The translations under genes and the position numbers were made by a program. From contig DASWGV010000085.1 of assembly GCA_036393515.1 (NCBI GenBank), positions 14,782-78,781 on the forward strand: 64,000 bases of DNA, read 5' to 3'. This document shows, in pieces, positions 1 through 8,662 of the stretch. Source of the DNA: Gemmatimonadales bacterium (GTDB lineage Bacteria > Gemmatimonadota > Gemmatimonadetes > Gemmatimonadales > GWC2-71-9). Position 1 is the first letter of the stretch. Every line of letters starts with the position of its first letter. The notes beneath the pieces are model-generated. The model had not been told where the DNA came from, did no database searches, and saw nothing but the letters and a program-made list of their open reading frames with translations.

Positions 1-795
1 CCGCATGAGCGCCGCGGAGGCGCGCTGCCCCGGATGCGGCCGGACCTGGTGGATCCGCGGATCGAACGGAACCGGCGTGCCGCGCAGCGCCTCCAGACTC
101 ATGGCCGCGGCCCCGTGCGCGCTGCGCCACAGGTTCCGCGCGTCGTACAGCAGCAGCGCCAGCATGGCGGACTGGGCCTGAGTCCCGTTGATGAACGCCA
201 GCCCCTCCTTGGCCTGGAACACCAGGGGCGTGAGGCCGGCCTCGACCAACGCGGCGCCGGCGGGGATCCGGCGTACGGGGTCGGCCGCGCCGCGGGCCAG
301 CTCTACGTCGCCTTCACCCAGCACGGCGCGGGCCACGTGGGACAAGGGCGCAAGGTCGCCGCTGGCGCCCACGCTCCCCTGCTCCGGCACAACCGGATGG
401 ATCCCGGCGTTCAACAGTTGCGCCAGGCGTTCGGCCAGCACCGGCCTCACCCCGGACGTTTCCTTCAGCAGCACGTTGGCGCGGAGCAACATGACCGCCC
501 GCACCACGGGCAGCGGAAGCGGCGGCCCGACGCCCGCGCAATGACTCAGAATGAGATTCCGCTGAAGCTCCAGCAGACGGTCCGCCGGCACCCGCACGCT
601 GGCCAGCTTGCCAAAGCCGGTGTTGACGCCGTACACGGGCGCCGATCCGGCGGCCGCACGCTCCACGGCGGCGCGGGAGCGGGCCGCTCGCTCCGCCGCT
701 TCCGGGGCAACGCGCACCTCCGCCCACTCGCGCGCCACCGAAACCACGTCAGCCACCGTGAGCGAAGCGCCGTCGAGGACTACCGGGGAAGGCAT
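1..795 (-). CDS. hutH: histidine ammonia-lyase, N-terminal 265 codons (3' end beyond window start)
   Basis: Own minus-strand translation from ATG 795..793: MPSPVVLDGASLTVADV...PVYGVNTGFGKLA...EQGSVGASGDLAPLSH. The Ala-Ser-Gly triad is the MIO-forming motif of the HAL/PAL family. The frame is open to position 1, so it is absent from the ORF track. ORF 34..861(+) is its antisense shadow. Confidence 0.9.
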   Translation of the reverse strand, partial: MPSPVVLDGASLTVADVVSVAREWAEVRVAPEAAERAARSRAAVERAAAGSAPVYGVNTGFGKLASVRVPADRLLELQRNLILSHCAGVGPPLPLPVVRAVMLLRANVLLKETSGVRPVLAERLAQLLNAGIHPVVPEQGSVGASGDLAPLSHVARAVLGEGDVELARGAADPVRRIPAGAALVEAGLTPLVFQAKEGLAFINGTQAQSAMLALLLYDARNLWRSAHGAAAMSLEALRGTPVPFDPRIHQVRPHPGQRASAALMR

Positions 796-815
796 GAGGC
801 GGGAATATACGGAGG

Positions 816-924
816 GACGTACGGAGACGTACAAGGCGTACTGGGTGGACGGACGTGGTAGTCCGGGTGGCGCCCCGGATTTGCCCGCCCGTCCTCCGGT
901 ACGCCTTGTACGTCTCCGTACGTC
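816..924. repeat. perfect 26-bp inverted repeat (816-841 / 899-924) around a 57-bp spacer; each arm carries three GTAC cores spaced 10 and 9 bp
   Basis: Left arm gacgtacggagacgtacaaggcgtac. The right arm is its exact reverse complement. The spacer contains a further hairpin, tccggg/cccgga (862-879). It lies between the stop of the lipoprotein gene (938) and the hutH start (795). Confidence 0.85.
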
Positions 925-937
925 TCTGTCCGTCCTG

Positions 938-2104
938 TTACTTCGGCGCTATCACCACGATGTTCTCCGTCACGGGCAATCCGCCATGAATCTTCAGTTC
1001 CGGATTTCCCGGGTCCGTCTGATAGCTCCAATCAACGATCAGGTAGCTGGCGCTCGCGTGGGTCACGCGCAGCGCGCCGAACCGCGCAAAGCCGTCGCCA
1101 CCGGACATCTGGAACACGTACCCGTATCCCGGAACCGCCTGGATGGCGCTGCGCGCGTATCCCGAGACCGGCGCGACGTCAATCGACGTCAGGTCCTCCA
1201 CGGGGTCCGTTCCGTAGAGCGCGACCTCGGTGCCGGTTCGCTCCGGCACCAGGAACAGATCGCCGGTCACGTCCCGATCAACCCAGAAGTCAATGTCGGT
1301 CCGATCCCCGTCCGTCACGATGCCCAGCTCCAGCGGTCCCGCCTGTCCGTCGCCGTCGGCATCCAGGAAAAAGCGGAAGCCGCTCCGGCTCACGTCCGCC
1401 TGATAGGGATACATCAGGACGTTGCGCGCGTCGGGCCGAGGGGTGTCGTACCAATAGGGGGCCCACATGCTCTCCCAGCCCTCGATGGATTCGGCCGACA
1501 CGTCGAAGCAGCGGGAAACGCCGTTGGTCAGCGCACCGACCAGGAACTCAGGCGACACGGTGGTTCCCTCGACCGACCAAGTGGTCCCGCATGCGCCGTC
1601 GTCCAGCGAGTACGAGGTGGAGTACACCCGGTACTGGCGGAACCCGCCCGGCTCATTCAGGAAGGGGTTGTCACTCCAACGCAAATGAATCGCGCGGTTC
1701 AGCGAGGTCCCCAGCAACCATTCGGGCGCCTCCAGGCGCAGCCGTTCGTCAATCAGCACGGTCGCGCTGGGCGCGCTCTCGTCGCCGCCCCGCCGCGCGG
1801 CGGTGACATAGTACTCCAGGTCTGGAATGCCGCTGTCATGGAAGGTGGTCGAGGTGGTCGAGGCCCGCAGGTCGAAGTCGGCGCCGGTATTCGAGCGCGA
1901 ATACACCCGGTAGACCTCGAGGTCGGCGTTCAGCACGTCGTCCCAGAACAGGACCAGCGCGGCCGGCGCCACCGGGTCCCCACTGGGCTCCAGCCGATAG
2001 GTGAGGTTCGTCGGTGCTTCGATCCCCGGACCGGCCATGTCGTCGCACGCGGGCAGCGTGAGCGCCAGGAGTCCGGCCACCGCGAGTCGCGAGCGCGATC
2101 TCAT
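938..2104 (-). CDS. hypothetical secreted lipoprotein, possibly with an FN3-like module
   Basis: ORF 938..2158. The internal ATG at 2104 gives MRSRSRLAVAGLLALTLPAC, a signal peptide plus lipobox. GC3-rich coding frame. No recognisable catalytic motif. Confidence 0.6.
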   Translation of the reverse strand: MRSRSRLAVAGLLALTLPACDDMAGPGIEAPTNLTYRLEPSGDPVAPAALVLFWDDVLNADLEVYRVYSRSNTGADFDLRASTTSTTFHDSGIPDLEYYVTAARRGGDESAPSATVLIDERLRLEAPEWLLGTSLNRAIHLRWSDNPFLNEPGGFRQYRVYSTSYSLDDGACGTTWSVEGTTVSPEFLVGALTNGVSRCFDVSAESIEGWESMWAPYWYDTPRPDARNVLMYPYQADVSRSGFRFFLDADGDGQAGPLELGIVTDGDRTDIDFWVDRDVTGDLFLVPERTGTEVALYGTDPVEDLTSIDVAPVSGYARSAIQAVPGYGYVFQMSGGDGFARFGALRVTHASASYLIVDWSYQTDPGNPELKIHGGLPVTENIVVIAPK

Positions 2105-2145
2105 ACGCCCAGCCTTGGTTGAAGTGTGATGCCGGAGAGCTAGAG

Positions 2146-2162
2146 AAGCAGGACGCATGCCA
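2146..2162 (-). promoter_or_regulatory. sigma-54-like -24/-12 element upstream of the lipoprotein gene
   Basis: The minus strand reads TGGCATGCGTCCTGCTT, versus consensus TGGCACG-N4-TTGCW. GG and GC are at the correct 10-nt spacing. It sits about 42 nt upstream of ATG 2104. Single match, no enhancer-binding protein seen. Confidence 0.25.
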
Positions 2163-2259
2163 AGCGAGGGCGTTGACTAACTCATTGCCTATCAGCGGTT
2201 TACCAGCCATGCAGGCGGCGGCTATGTCCGCGCCGGAGGACAGCGACGAGCGGGCGGGA

Positions 2260-4998
2260 TCAGCGGCGCACGGTGCGCTGGTCGTAGTCGAACTTGATCT
2301 CAGGTTGATCCAGCAGCGTGATATGGAAATTGAAAGCGAAGTTGCCGTTGGGCGCTTTCACAAAGGAGAACGTGCCACGCCAGCGGTGGAGGTCGCGCTC
2401 CAGGCGGAGCATGTGCTGGCCAAACTCTTTGGTGGTGAAGTTGTAGTTGGTGTTCCAGGACAGGGACCAGTTGCGGGTGGGGGAAAACCCTGCCGCCAGG
2501 CCCAGCGTGCGGTTGGCCGATGGTCCCGCCACTCCGGGCTGGGCGCCGGGCATCATCGTCGCGGCGCGGGCGCGCTGGTCGTCGTACGTGATGGACAGCT
2601 CCAGGCCTCGGCCTCGCGGCGCCATGCCGGTCACGTCCTCCGTAGCGCGATAGGAGGCCAGCGCACCGGTGACCGTGCTCAGGGGCGGGGACACTCCGGC
2701 GGGCGGCGTCTCCGGTGGTGCCTCGGGCGGCGGAGCGCGGGATGGTTCGGGCGCAGGTCCGCCACCGATCCAGGCCACGAGGCGCGCGAACGTCGAGGCC
2801 GAAATCCCGAACCGCGTGGAGATGGAGGACAGGAACGGGTCGAAGCGCGCGGTGTCGGACCCCACGGCGCCGGCAAACAGATCGTGGGAAGTGGAGATGC
2901 TGAAGCCCGGCAAGAGGTCGCTGGTGAAGGAATTGCTCAATTGCCCCGTGGTCCATCCGGTGCGGCCCGCTTCCTTGGCCTGCTCAAAGTCGTACCGCAC
3001 CGCCGAGGTTTGGAGGCTGAGGAGTTTGATCTTCCGGGCATTCCGGTCATCCGTCGTGTCGCCCTGAGGAGATCGGAGCTTGGCCTCGATGGTCTGGGAC
3101 AGCCCCACGGAAATGGCGTGCTGCGCCAGGCTTTGGCGGTTGGTCCCGGCGCGCGTGGGGTCGAGCGCGCGGGCGTACGACTCCGGAACCGTCGCCTTGG
3201 GGGCGAACTGCCAGCTCACACTGGGGGAGACGGCGTGTCGGATCCGCGACAAGGGTCCGAATCCCGGGAAGAATCCGAACACCGTGGGCGAAACGCTGGC
3301 GCCAAAGGACAGCCGCTTGGACTGCGAGACGAACGCGCCGTTGGTATAGCGGTTCCGGATCAGGAAGCTCCCGCCAGTGACGTTCTGGATCCCCACGCTG
3401 GGCGAGAGACGCCAGGTGGATTGGAACAGGATGGGCAGCCCGATGCCGGTGGTCCAGTCCACGCCGGTGTTGAAGTCCTGGCCGTAATAGCGGGTAACGG
3501 TGTCGGCCGGATTCCCGGGGTCAGGCAGTCGCACCACACTCCGCCGATTGCTCCGATCGTCCAGGATCTGAAATCCATTGTCCCAATTCCACCGGCCGAC
3601 CCGTAGGGGCGTCCCGATGCGCACGCTGGTGCTGCGGAGGTTCAAGAATAGGCTGTCGGTCTGCGGCACGCCATTCAGGGGCGGGAGCACCAGCGTACCC
3701 GATCGCTGGTGGAGCGTCTGGTTGCTGCTCAACGAGACGGAGGGTGTCCAGGTGACGCTGGGCAACAGGTTGACGGCGCGCGGGGTGAGGCTGAAGCTGG
3801 GCAGTGTCTGGGTGACCACGCCGTTGGAGAGGTCCTGCCGGCGCGTGCCACCCAACGAGACGGTACCCCAGCCCATCTGTTTCTGGAAATTGGCATTGCT
3901 GGCCAGGCTGGCGGTGGCCAGCCGCGGGTCCACCGAGTTGCGCTCCAGCACTCGGGCGCTGGTGGCGTAGTTGATGCTGGCGTTCAGCCGCGTCCGCTGG
4001 TCAAAGCTCTGGTTATGGTTGAAGGTCAACTGGAGCGATCGCGACCCGGCCGACTCGTAGATTCTGGACACCGCCAACGATCCGTCCACAAAGCGGTCCA
4101 GCCACCGGTAATTCAACTGCCCGTTGAGCTGCACCAGCGTACCGGACCACCAATCCAGACTCGCCCGCATGTCCAGGTAGTCGTTCAGCGCCACGTAGTA
4201 GCCCACGTTATTCAGGTGCCGCTGGTAGCCCCGGTTGGGCCGGACCAAGTCGTTCAGGCCAAACCGCGGCACCAGCAACCCGGATCGGCGGCCCTGCCGC
4301 ATGTCCTGGAAAATGAACGGGAGCCAGAGGACCGGCACATCCCGCACGTACAGCACGGCGGGCCGGGCCACCAGCAGGTTGTTGGTGACCCACTTGATCC
4401 GGCTCGACGCGAAATGCCAATGTGGGACCCGCATGTCGCAGCTGGTGATGTGACTCCCCCCGGCGTACAGCCGGGTGGAGGCGGAATCCACCGCCAGGGC
4501 ACCCCGAAGAAACCAGTCCACTCCCGATTGCTTGAACGTGGTGAGGGCGTCCTCCACGATTCCGCGATGCTCGCAGGTGTTGTAGCCCATTTCTTCGCCG
4601 ACCAGCACCGTGCTTTGGTCGAACAGGGTGGGACGCCCGCGGGCCCGCAGGCGGCAATCCGCCTGGAAGAACTGCACGGTGTCCGCCTCCAACGTGCTGC
4701 CCTCGCGCTCCACCAGCGCCGTGCCCGTGACGTCGATGCGGCGCGTCGCCGCCTCCAGCGACAGGCTGTCACCGGCGTAGCGCGTCACCCGAAAGCCTTC
4801 CCGCTGCATCAACTCTCGGAGCAAGGAATCAGCGGCGGGGAAACTCCGGCTGGGCGCGGTGGGTAGCCCCAGACCGCGAGCGGCCGTGGTATCCAGGGAC
4901 CGGCGGGTGACCGCGCTGTCCGGGGACAGAGAGTCCTGCCGCTGGGGTCGAGGGGTTTGCTGCTGAACCGAGCTGGGCGGCGGAGGAGGGGGCTGCTG
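2260..4998 (-). other. lptD: LptD/OstA-like outer-membrane beta-barrel portion
   Basis: OstA-like N-terminal region (RVTRYAGDSLSLEAATRRIDVTGTALVEREGSTLEADTV) and an LptD C-terminal-type region with the RRSGLLVPRFG motif. Ends with aromatic-rich beta strands. Confidence 0.7.
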
Positions 4999-5778
4999 CG
5001 CGCGCGCCGGTGATCCTGCGCCGGCCAGGAGCGCGACCAGGGCCGTACTCGCCGCCGCCGCGGCGGATGCCTTGCGGGAGCGCCACACCACCCGCGCCAC
5101 CAGGATGCCGGCCTCATAGAGCACGATCATGGGCCCCAGCATCATAGTCATGGAAAACACGTCGGGCGGAGTGAGCAGGGCCGCCACCACCGCGCCGATT
5201 ACCAAGGCGATGGGGCGTTGCCGGGCGAAGACCACCGGGTCCACCAGCCCGAACGCGGCCAGCAGCACGATGACCAGCGGCAGCTCAAAGACGATCCCGA
5301 ACGCCAGAATGAACAGGCTGGCAAACGAGAAGTACTCGTTCGCCGTGATGATGAACTCCAGGTCCTCCCGCTGAAAGCTGAACAGAATACGCAGCGCGGC
5401 CGGGAGCACCCACAGGTAGGCCATCAGCGCGCCGGTGAGAAACAAGAGCAGTCCCGCCGCCAGCGTGGGGATCACGAAGCGTCGTTCCCGCTCGTACATG
5501 GCGGGGGACAGGAACTTCCACCCCTGCCAGACGACCACCGGCGACGCGATCACGCCACCCACCAGCACCGCCAGCTTGAGCGTGAGCAGGAACGCGTCCG
5601 TGGGGCGGGTCACGAATAGTTTCCCCGCCGGCAGCATCGGCTCGATGGGCCGTTTCAGGAGCCCGAGCACGTCGTAGCGCTGCACCAGGAAGAACCCGGC
5701 CACGGTGGCCAGGACCAGTGCCACCAGGCTCCATAAGATGCGCCACCGCAGCTCCTCGAGGTGATCGAGGAATGGCAT
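2260..5778 (-). CDS. tatC: single stop-less ORF: TatC (Sec-independent translocase) fused in frame to an LptD/OstA-like outer-membrane protein
   Basis: ORF 2260..5910. The ATG at 5778 starts the conserved TatC N-terminus, MPFLDHLEELRWRI, followed by six hydrophobic segments. After ...ILVARVVWRSRK comes ASAAAAASTALVALLAGAGSPARA|QQ, which is signal-peptide-like. Then come an OstA-like region and LptD hallmarks (HITSCD..PHWHF..LWLPFIFQDMRQGRRSGLLVPRFG). There is no stop codon between the parts. Confidence 0.8.
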   Translation of the reverse strand: MPFLDHLEELRWRILWSLVALVLATVAGFFLVQRYDVLGLLKRPIEPMLPAGKLFVTRPTDAFLLTLKLAVLVGGVIASPVVVWQGWKFLSPAMYERERRFVIPTLAAGLLLFLTGALMAYLWVLPAALRILFSFQREDLEFIITANEYFSFASLFILAFGIVFELPLVIVLLAAFGLVDPVVFARQRPIALVIGAVVAALLTPPDVFSMTMMLGPMIVLYEAGILVARVVWRSRKASAAAAASTALVALLAGAGSPARAQQPPPPPPSSVQQQTPRPQRQDSLSPDSAVTRRSLDTTAARGLGLPTAPSRSFPAADSLLRELMQREGFRVTRYAGDSLSLEAATRRIDVTGTALVEREGSTLEADTVQFFQADCRLRARGRPTLFDQSTVLVGEEMGYNTCEHRGIVEDALTTFKQSGVDWFLRGALAVDSASTRLYAGGSHITSCDMRVPHWHFASSRIKWVTNNLLVARPAVLYVRDVPVLWLPFIFQDMRQGRRSGLLVPRFGLNDLVRPNRGYQRHLNNVGYYVALNDYLDMRASLDWWSGTLVQLNGQLNYRWLDRFVDGSLAVSRIYESAGSRSLQLTFNHNQSFDQRTRLNASINYATSARVLERNSVDPRLATASLASNANFQKQMGWGTVSLGGTRRQDLSNGVVTQTLPSFSLTPRAVNLLPSVTWTPSVSLSSNQTLHQRSGTLVLPPLNGVPQTDSLFLNLRSTSVRIGTPLRVGRWNWDNGFQILDDRSNRRSVVRLPDPGNPADTVTRYYGQDFNTGVDWTTGIGLPILFQSTWRLSPSVGIQNVTGGSFLIRNRYTNGAFVSQSKRLSFGASVSPTVFGFFPGFGPLSRIRHAVSPSVSWQFAPKATVPESYARALDPTRAGTNRQSLAQHAISVGLSQTIEAKLRSPQGDTTDDRNARKIKLLSLQTSAVRYDFEQAKEAGRTGWTTGQLSNSFTSDLLPGFSISTSHDLFAGAVGSDTARFDPFLSSISTRFGISASTFARLVAWIGGGPAPEPSRAPPPEAPPETPPAGVSPPLSTVTGALASYRATEDVTGMAPRGRGLELSITYDDQRARAATMMPGAQPGVAGPSANRTLGLAAGFSPTRNWSLSWNTNYNFTTKEFGQHMLRLERDLHRWRGTFSFVKAPNGNFAFNFHITLLDQPEIKFDYDQRTVRR
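4999..5088 (-). other. internal Sec-type signal-peptide-like segment, with possible internal GTG starts at 5091 and 5088
   Basis: Residues 231-260: VWRSRK (positive n-region), ASAAAAASTALVALLAGAG (h-region), SPARA (AxA cleavage motif), then QQPPPPPP. Confidence 0.6.
5074..5778 (-). other. tatC: TatC domain portion of the fused ORF (about residues 1-235)
   Basis: Typical TatC length and motifs: LEELR, FLSPAMYERERR, LLTPPDVFSM. Confidence 0.85.
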
Positions 5779-5836
5779 CTCGGCACGGGGTGACGACGGG
5801 GACGAACTCACGGGGCGGGCGGGTGGGCCCGGGGGG

Positions 5837-6616
5837 TTATTGCTCGCGCGCTTCCAGCCTGGTACGGGCGAGCTGGGCTTCTTCGGTGCGCGGGTAGCCG
5901 GCCACCACACGCTGGTAATACACGCGGGCTCCCCGCGTGTCCCCGCGCGCTTCCGCCAGCAGGCCGAGTTTGTACAGGGCGGTGGGCGCCCGGGGAGATG
6001 CCGGGTGCTCCTTCGCTACCTGCTCGTAGGCGGCGGCTGCGGAATCACCATCCGTGGCGGCCCACGTCTCGCCCATCTGGAACCACGCGTCAGCAACACG
6101 GTCATGTTGCGGGAAATCCAGGAGCAACTTCTGGAGCGCCAGCCGCGCCGTCTGGGGACTGCCCGAGCGGAGCTGCCGCAGGGCCAGGTCGTAGAGTTGT
6201 TCCGGACCCGGTCCCGCCGGACGCGCACCGCTGTCGGCCGGTGTCCCGGGAGGGGCCGCGGCGACCCCGCGGGCGCGGGACTCCAATTGGCCGCGTAACT
6301 CCGACAGCCGCTGCTGGCTCTGGCCGGTCAGCTCCTGAATCTGGACCAGTTGGCGTTGGACATCGGTGAAGTCGCTCCGCAGCTGGCCCTCGAACAGGGC
6401 CAGCCGGCGTTGCTGCGCCGCCAACGAGTCGGCGATGAGCTGCTGCGTGGCGGCGATCTCGTCCAACAGGCGCCGAAGCACGGCAGCCCGCGCCGAGTCG
6501 GCGCGGGCTGCCTCCCGCCGGAACGCGATCAACTGGGTCTCGACTCGCCGCACGTCGCTCTTCAGGGCACACCCGGTCAAGGTGGCCGTGGCGGCGAGCG
6601 CGAAGAGCAGTCTCAC
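5837..6616 (-). CDS. cpoB: Tol-Pal associated TPR/coiled-coil lipoprotein CpoB (YbgF)
   Basis: MRLLFALAATATLTGC lipobox, Gln-rich coiled coil, C-terminal TPR. Positioned directly after pal. Confidence 0.75.
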   Translation of the reverse strand: MRLLFALAATATLTGCALKSDVRRVETQLIAFRREAARADSARAAVLRRLLDEIAATQQLIADSLAAQQRRLALFEGQLRSDFTDVQRQLVQIQELTGQSQQRLSELRGQLESRARGVAAAPPGTPADSGARPAGPGPEQLYDLALRQLRSGSPQTARLALQKLLLDFPQHDRVADAWFQMGETWAATDGDSAAAAYEQVAKEHPASPRAPTALYKLGLLAEARGDTRGARVYYQRVVAGYPRTEEAQLARTRLEAREQ

Positions 6617-7254
6617 ATGCCCGACGGCCTGCGCAGGGCGTCACCGCCGGCCGTGACCCCGAACTCGTCACGGCGGTTCATGGCCCACGCCTCTTCGGTG
6701 CTGCCCATTTGCATGGGCTGCTCCTCACCCATGGACCGGGTGGTAATCCGATCGGCGGCGACGCCCCGGGTCACCAGGTACTGCTTGGCCGCCAGCGCGC
6801 GCCGGTTGCCCAGCGCCAGGTTGTATTCGTCGGAGCCACGTTCGTCGCAGTGGCCCACAACCTCAATGCGCAGCATGGGATTGGCCTGAAGAATGGCGAG
6901 CTTCTGGTCCAGCACCGCCGCGTCTCCCGACCGAATGTCCGCGCGGTCAAAATCGAAGTTGATGCGCGTCATCAGCAGGTTGCGCACCTCCTCCGTGCTG
7001 CGACGCATCATGGCCAGCGAGTCGTCCCGCATGCGCCGGATCCGCTCTTCCTCCGCGGCGCGCACCCGGTCAAGGCTGTCCCGGATCCGCTGGGCATTAG
7101 CGAGGGAGTCGGCCCGCCGGCGGGCCGACTCCGCCGCCGCAATCGAGTCCGCGTTAGGCTGGGGCGCCACTTGCGGCTGGCCGCCGCCACATGCCACCGC
7201 CGTCAGGATGACAACGGCACCGAGCGCGATGGGAAGCATGCTGCGCATGATCAC
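6613..7254 (-). CDS. pal: peptidoglycan-associated lipoprotein Pal (OmpA-like C-terminal domain)
   Basis: Lipobox LTAVAC. OmpA-like motif: FDFDRADIR...VVGHCDERGSDEYNLALGNRRA. Confidence 0.9.
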   Translation of the reverse strand: MIMRSMLPIALGAVVILTAVACGGGQPQVAPQPNADSIAAAESARRRADSLANAQRIRDSLDRVRAAEEERIRRMRDDSLAMMRRSTEEVRNLLMTRINFDFDRADIRSGDAAVLDQKLAILQANPMLRIEVVGHCDERGSDEYNLALGNRRALAAKQYLVTRGVAADRITTRSMGEEQPMQMGSTEEAWAMNRRDEFGVTAGGDALRRPSGM

Positions 7255-7261
7255 TCCACGG

Positions 7262-8662
7262 TCAGGGGTTGGAACCTTCCATGATCCGCGGAGACCAGGC
7301 CGGAAGCCGGGCCTCCCCGAGTCTGGTCAACTGCCGCACCCGCCCAGTGTCGAGATCGATGATCCAGGCCTGCCGGGATCCCGTGCGGGTGGAAACGAAC
7401 CCCAGGTGCCGTCCGTCCGGCGCCCAGGTCGGATCCTCGTTGCGTCCGGCACTCGTGAGCTGCCGCACCCGTCGGGACGCGACGTCCATCACGAAGACTT
7501 GCGGCGTGCCCGCCACATCGCGATGGAACGCGAGATTGAGACCGTCCGGCGACCACTCAGGCGCGTAAGAGCTGCCGGTTACGCCGTAATCGAACGGCGC
7601 AAACAACTCCTGTCCAGTCCCGTCGGACGACATCACGTAGATCTGCGGCGATCCCGCGCGGGTCGACGCAAAGGCGATCCGACGACCATCCGGACTGTAT
7701 GTCGGGGACAGGTTATCCGAAAAACGGCCGGCCGTCAAGCGTTGTAAGCAACACCGTTCCACCAGGTTGTAGGTGTACAGGTGGGAGCCCTCTTCGTTCG
7801 CAAAGGTGAAGGCCAACAGCCGGGTGTCGGGCGAAAAAGCCGGCGTGTAATTGAGGCCGCTGGTGGTGGGACCCACCAGCTCCCGGCGTCCGGATGCGAT
7901 GTCCTGCAGGTAGAGCCGCCCATTCCCGCCCACGAACTGCATGTACACCGCGCGCCGTCCGTCCAGTGACCAGGCGGGCGACATCGCCGTGTCCGCGGCC
8001 GGCGAGACCGGCAGCGCATCGGCACCGTCCGCGTCAATGCGGTATACCCGCTTGCCCTGGATCAGCAGGAGTCGCGTCGCCGCGATGCCCGGCGTCCCGG
8101 CGGCGGCGCGGACCACTTCGTCGCTCAGCCGATGGATGGCCAGGCGGGTCTCTGGATGACGCAGGTCGCCAGACCAAAGGGCCAGCGTCCGGCGACTCAG
8201 CCGCCCGCGAACATCGTACACGGTCACGACCGCGGGCGTGTCCACCGTAGCGCGAAGGTGCACCGCGTAATCGGCGCCCAGCGCCTCGTACAAACCGTAG
8301 TTCACGAAGGCCGCCGCCCCACCACTCACCGCGGCGGGAGCCGTCGGCTGAGGCGGGCCCAGCGCCGGCGGCGCCAGGGCCACCATCAGACTCTCGCCGC
8401 CGGGCAGCGTGATCATCTCGAACCGGTCCGAGTAGTCCAGGTCCCGCTGGAGGATGGTCCGCACCGAGTCGAGGAACGTGGTGCGCTCGACGCCCAGCAC
8501 CAGCATCCCAGGGCGCAGGCCGGGCGTGTAGGTGATGCCGATCCGCACGCCCGGCTCCACCTGCCGCGTGGTGTCCTGGCCCGCCACCGGAGCGGCGACG
8601 CTGGCCAGCACGACCAGCACGCCGAGGCCCCACCGCCACGCCTTGCCCCGCGAGCCGGTCAC
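7262..8662 (-). CDS. tolB: Tol-Pal system beta-propeller protein TolB
   Basis: Signal peptide, then repeated SPDG/WD-like propeller blades (FSPDTR, YSPDGRR, WSPDGLN, WAPDGRH). Confidence 0.9.
   Translation of the reverse strand: MTGSRGKAWRWGLGVLVVLASVAAPVAGQDTTRQVEPGVRIGITYTPGLRPGMLVLGVERTTFLDSVRTILQRDLDYSDRFEMITLPGGESLMVALAPPALGPPQPTAPAAVSGGAAAFVNYGLYEALGADYAVHLRATVDTPAVVTVYDVRGRLSRRTLALWSGDLRHPETRLAIHRLSDEVVRAAAGTPGIAATRLLLIQGKRVYRIDADGADALPVSPAADTAMSPAWSLDGRRAVYMQFVGGNGRLYLQDIASGRRELVGPTTSGLNYTPAFSPDTRLLAFTFANEEGSHLYTYNLVERCCLQRLTAGRFSDNLSPTYSPDGRRIAFASTRAGSPQIYVMSSDGTGQELFAPFDYGVTGSSYAPEWSPDGLNLAFHRDVAGTPQVFVMDVASRRVRQLTSAGRNEDPTWAPDGRHLGFVSTRTGSRQAWIIDLDTGRVRQLTRLGEARLPAWSPRIMEGSNP

Noticed and set aside
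34-861. 275-aa plus-strand ORF at the window start, and its neighbour 608..2122(+)
   Set aside because: The opposite strand encodes hutH, with the ASG MIO motif, and a lipoprotein. The plus-strand translations are Arg/Gly/Pro junk.
5779-5910. 44-codon N-terminal extension of the tatC ORF (GTG 5910)
   Set aside because: It overlaps the 3' end of cpoB by 74 nt and is Pro/Ser-rich. The conserved TatC N-terminus begins at ATG 5778.
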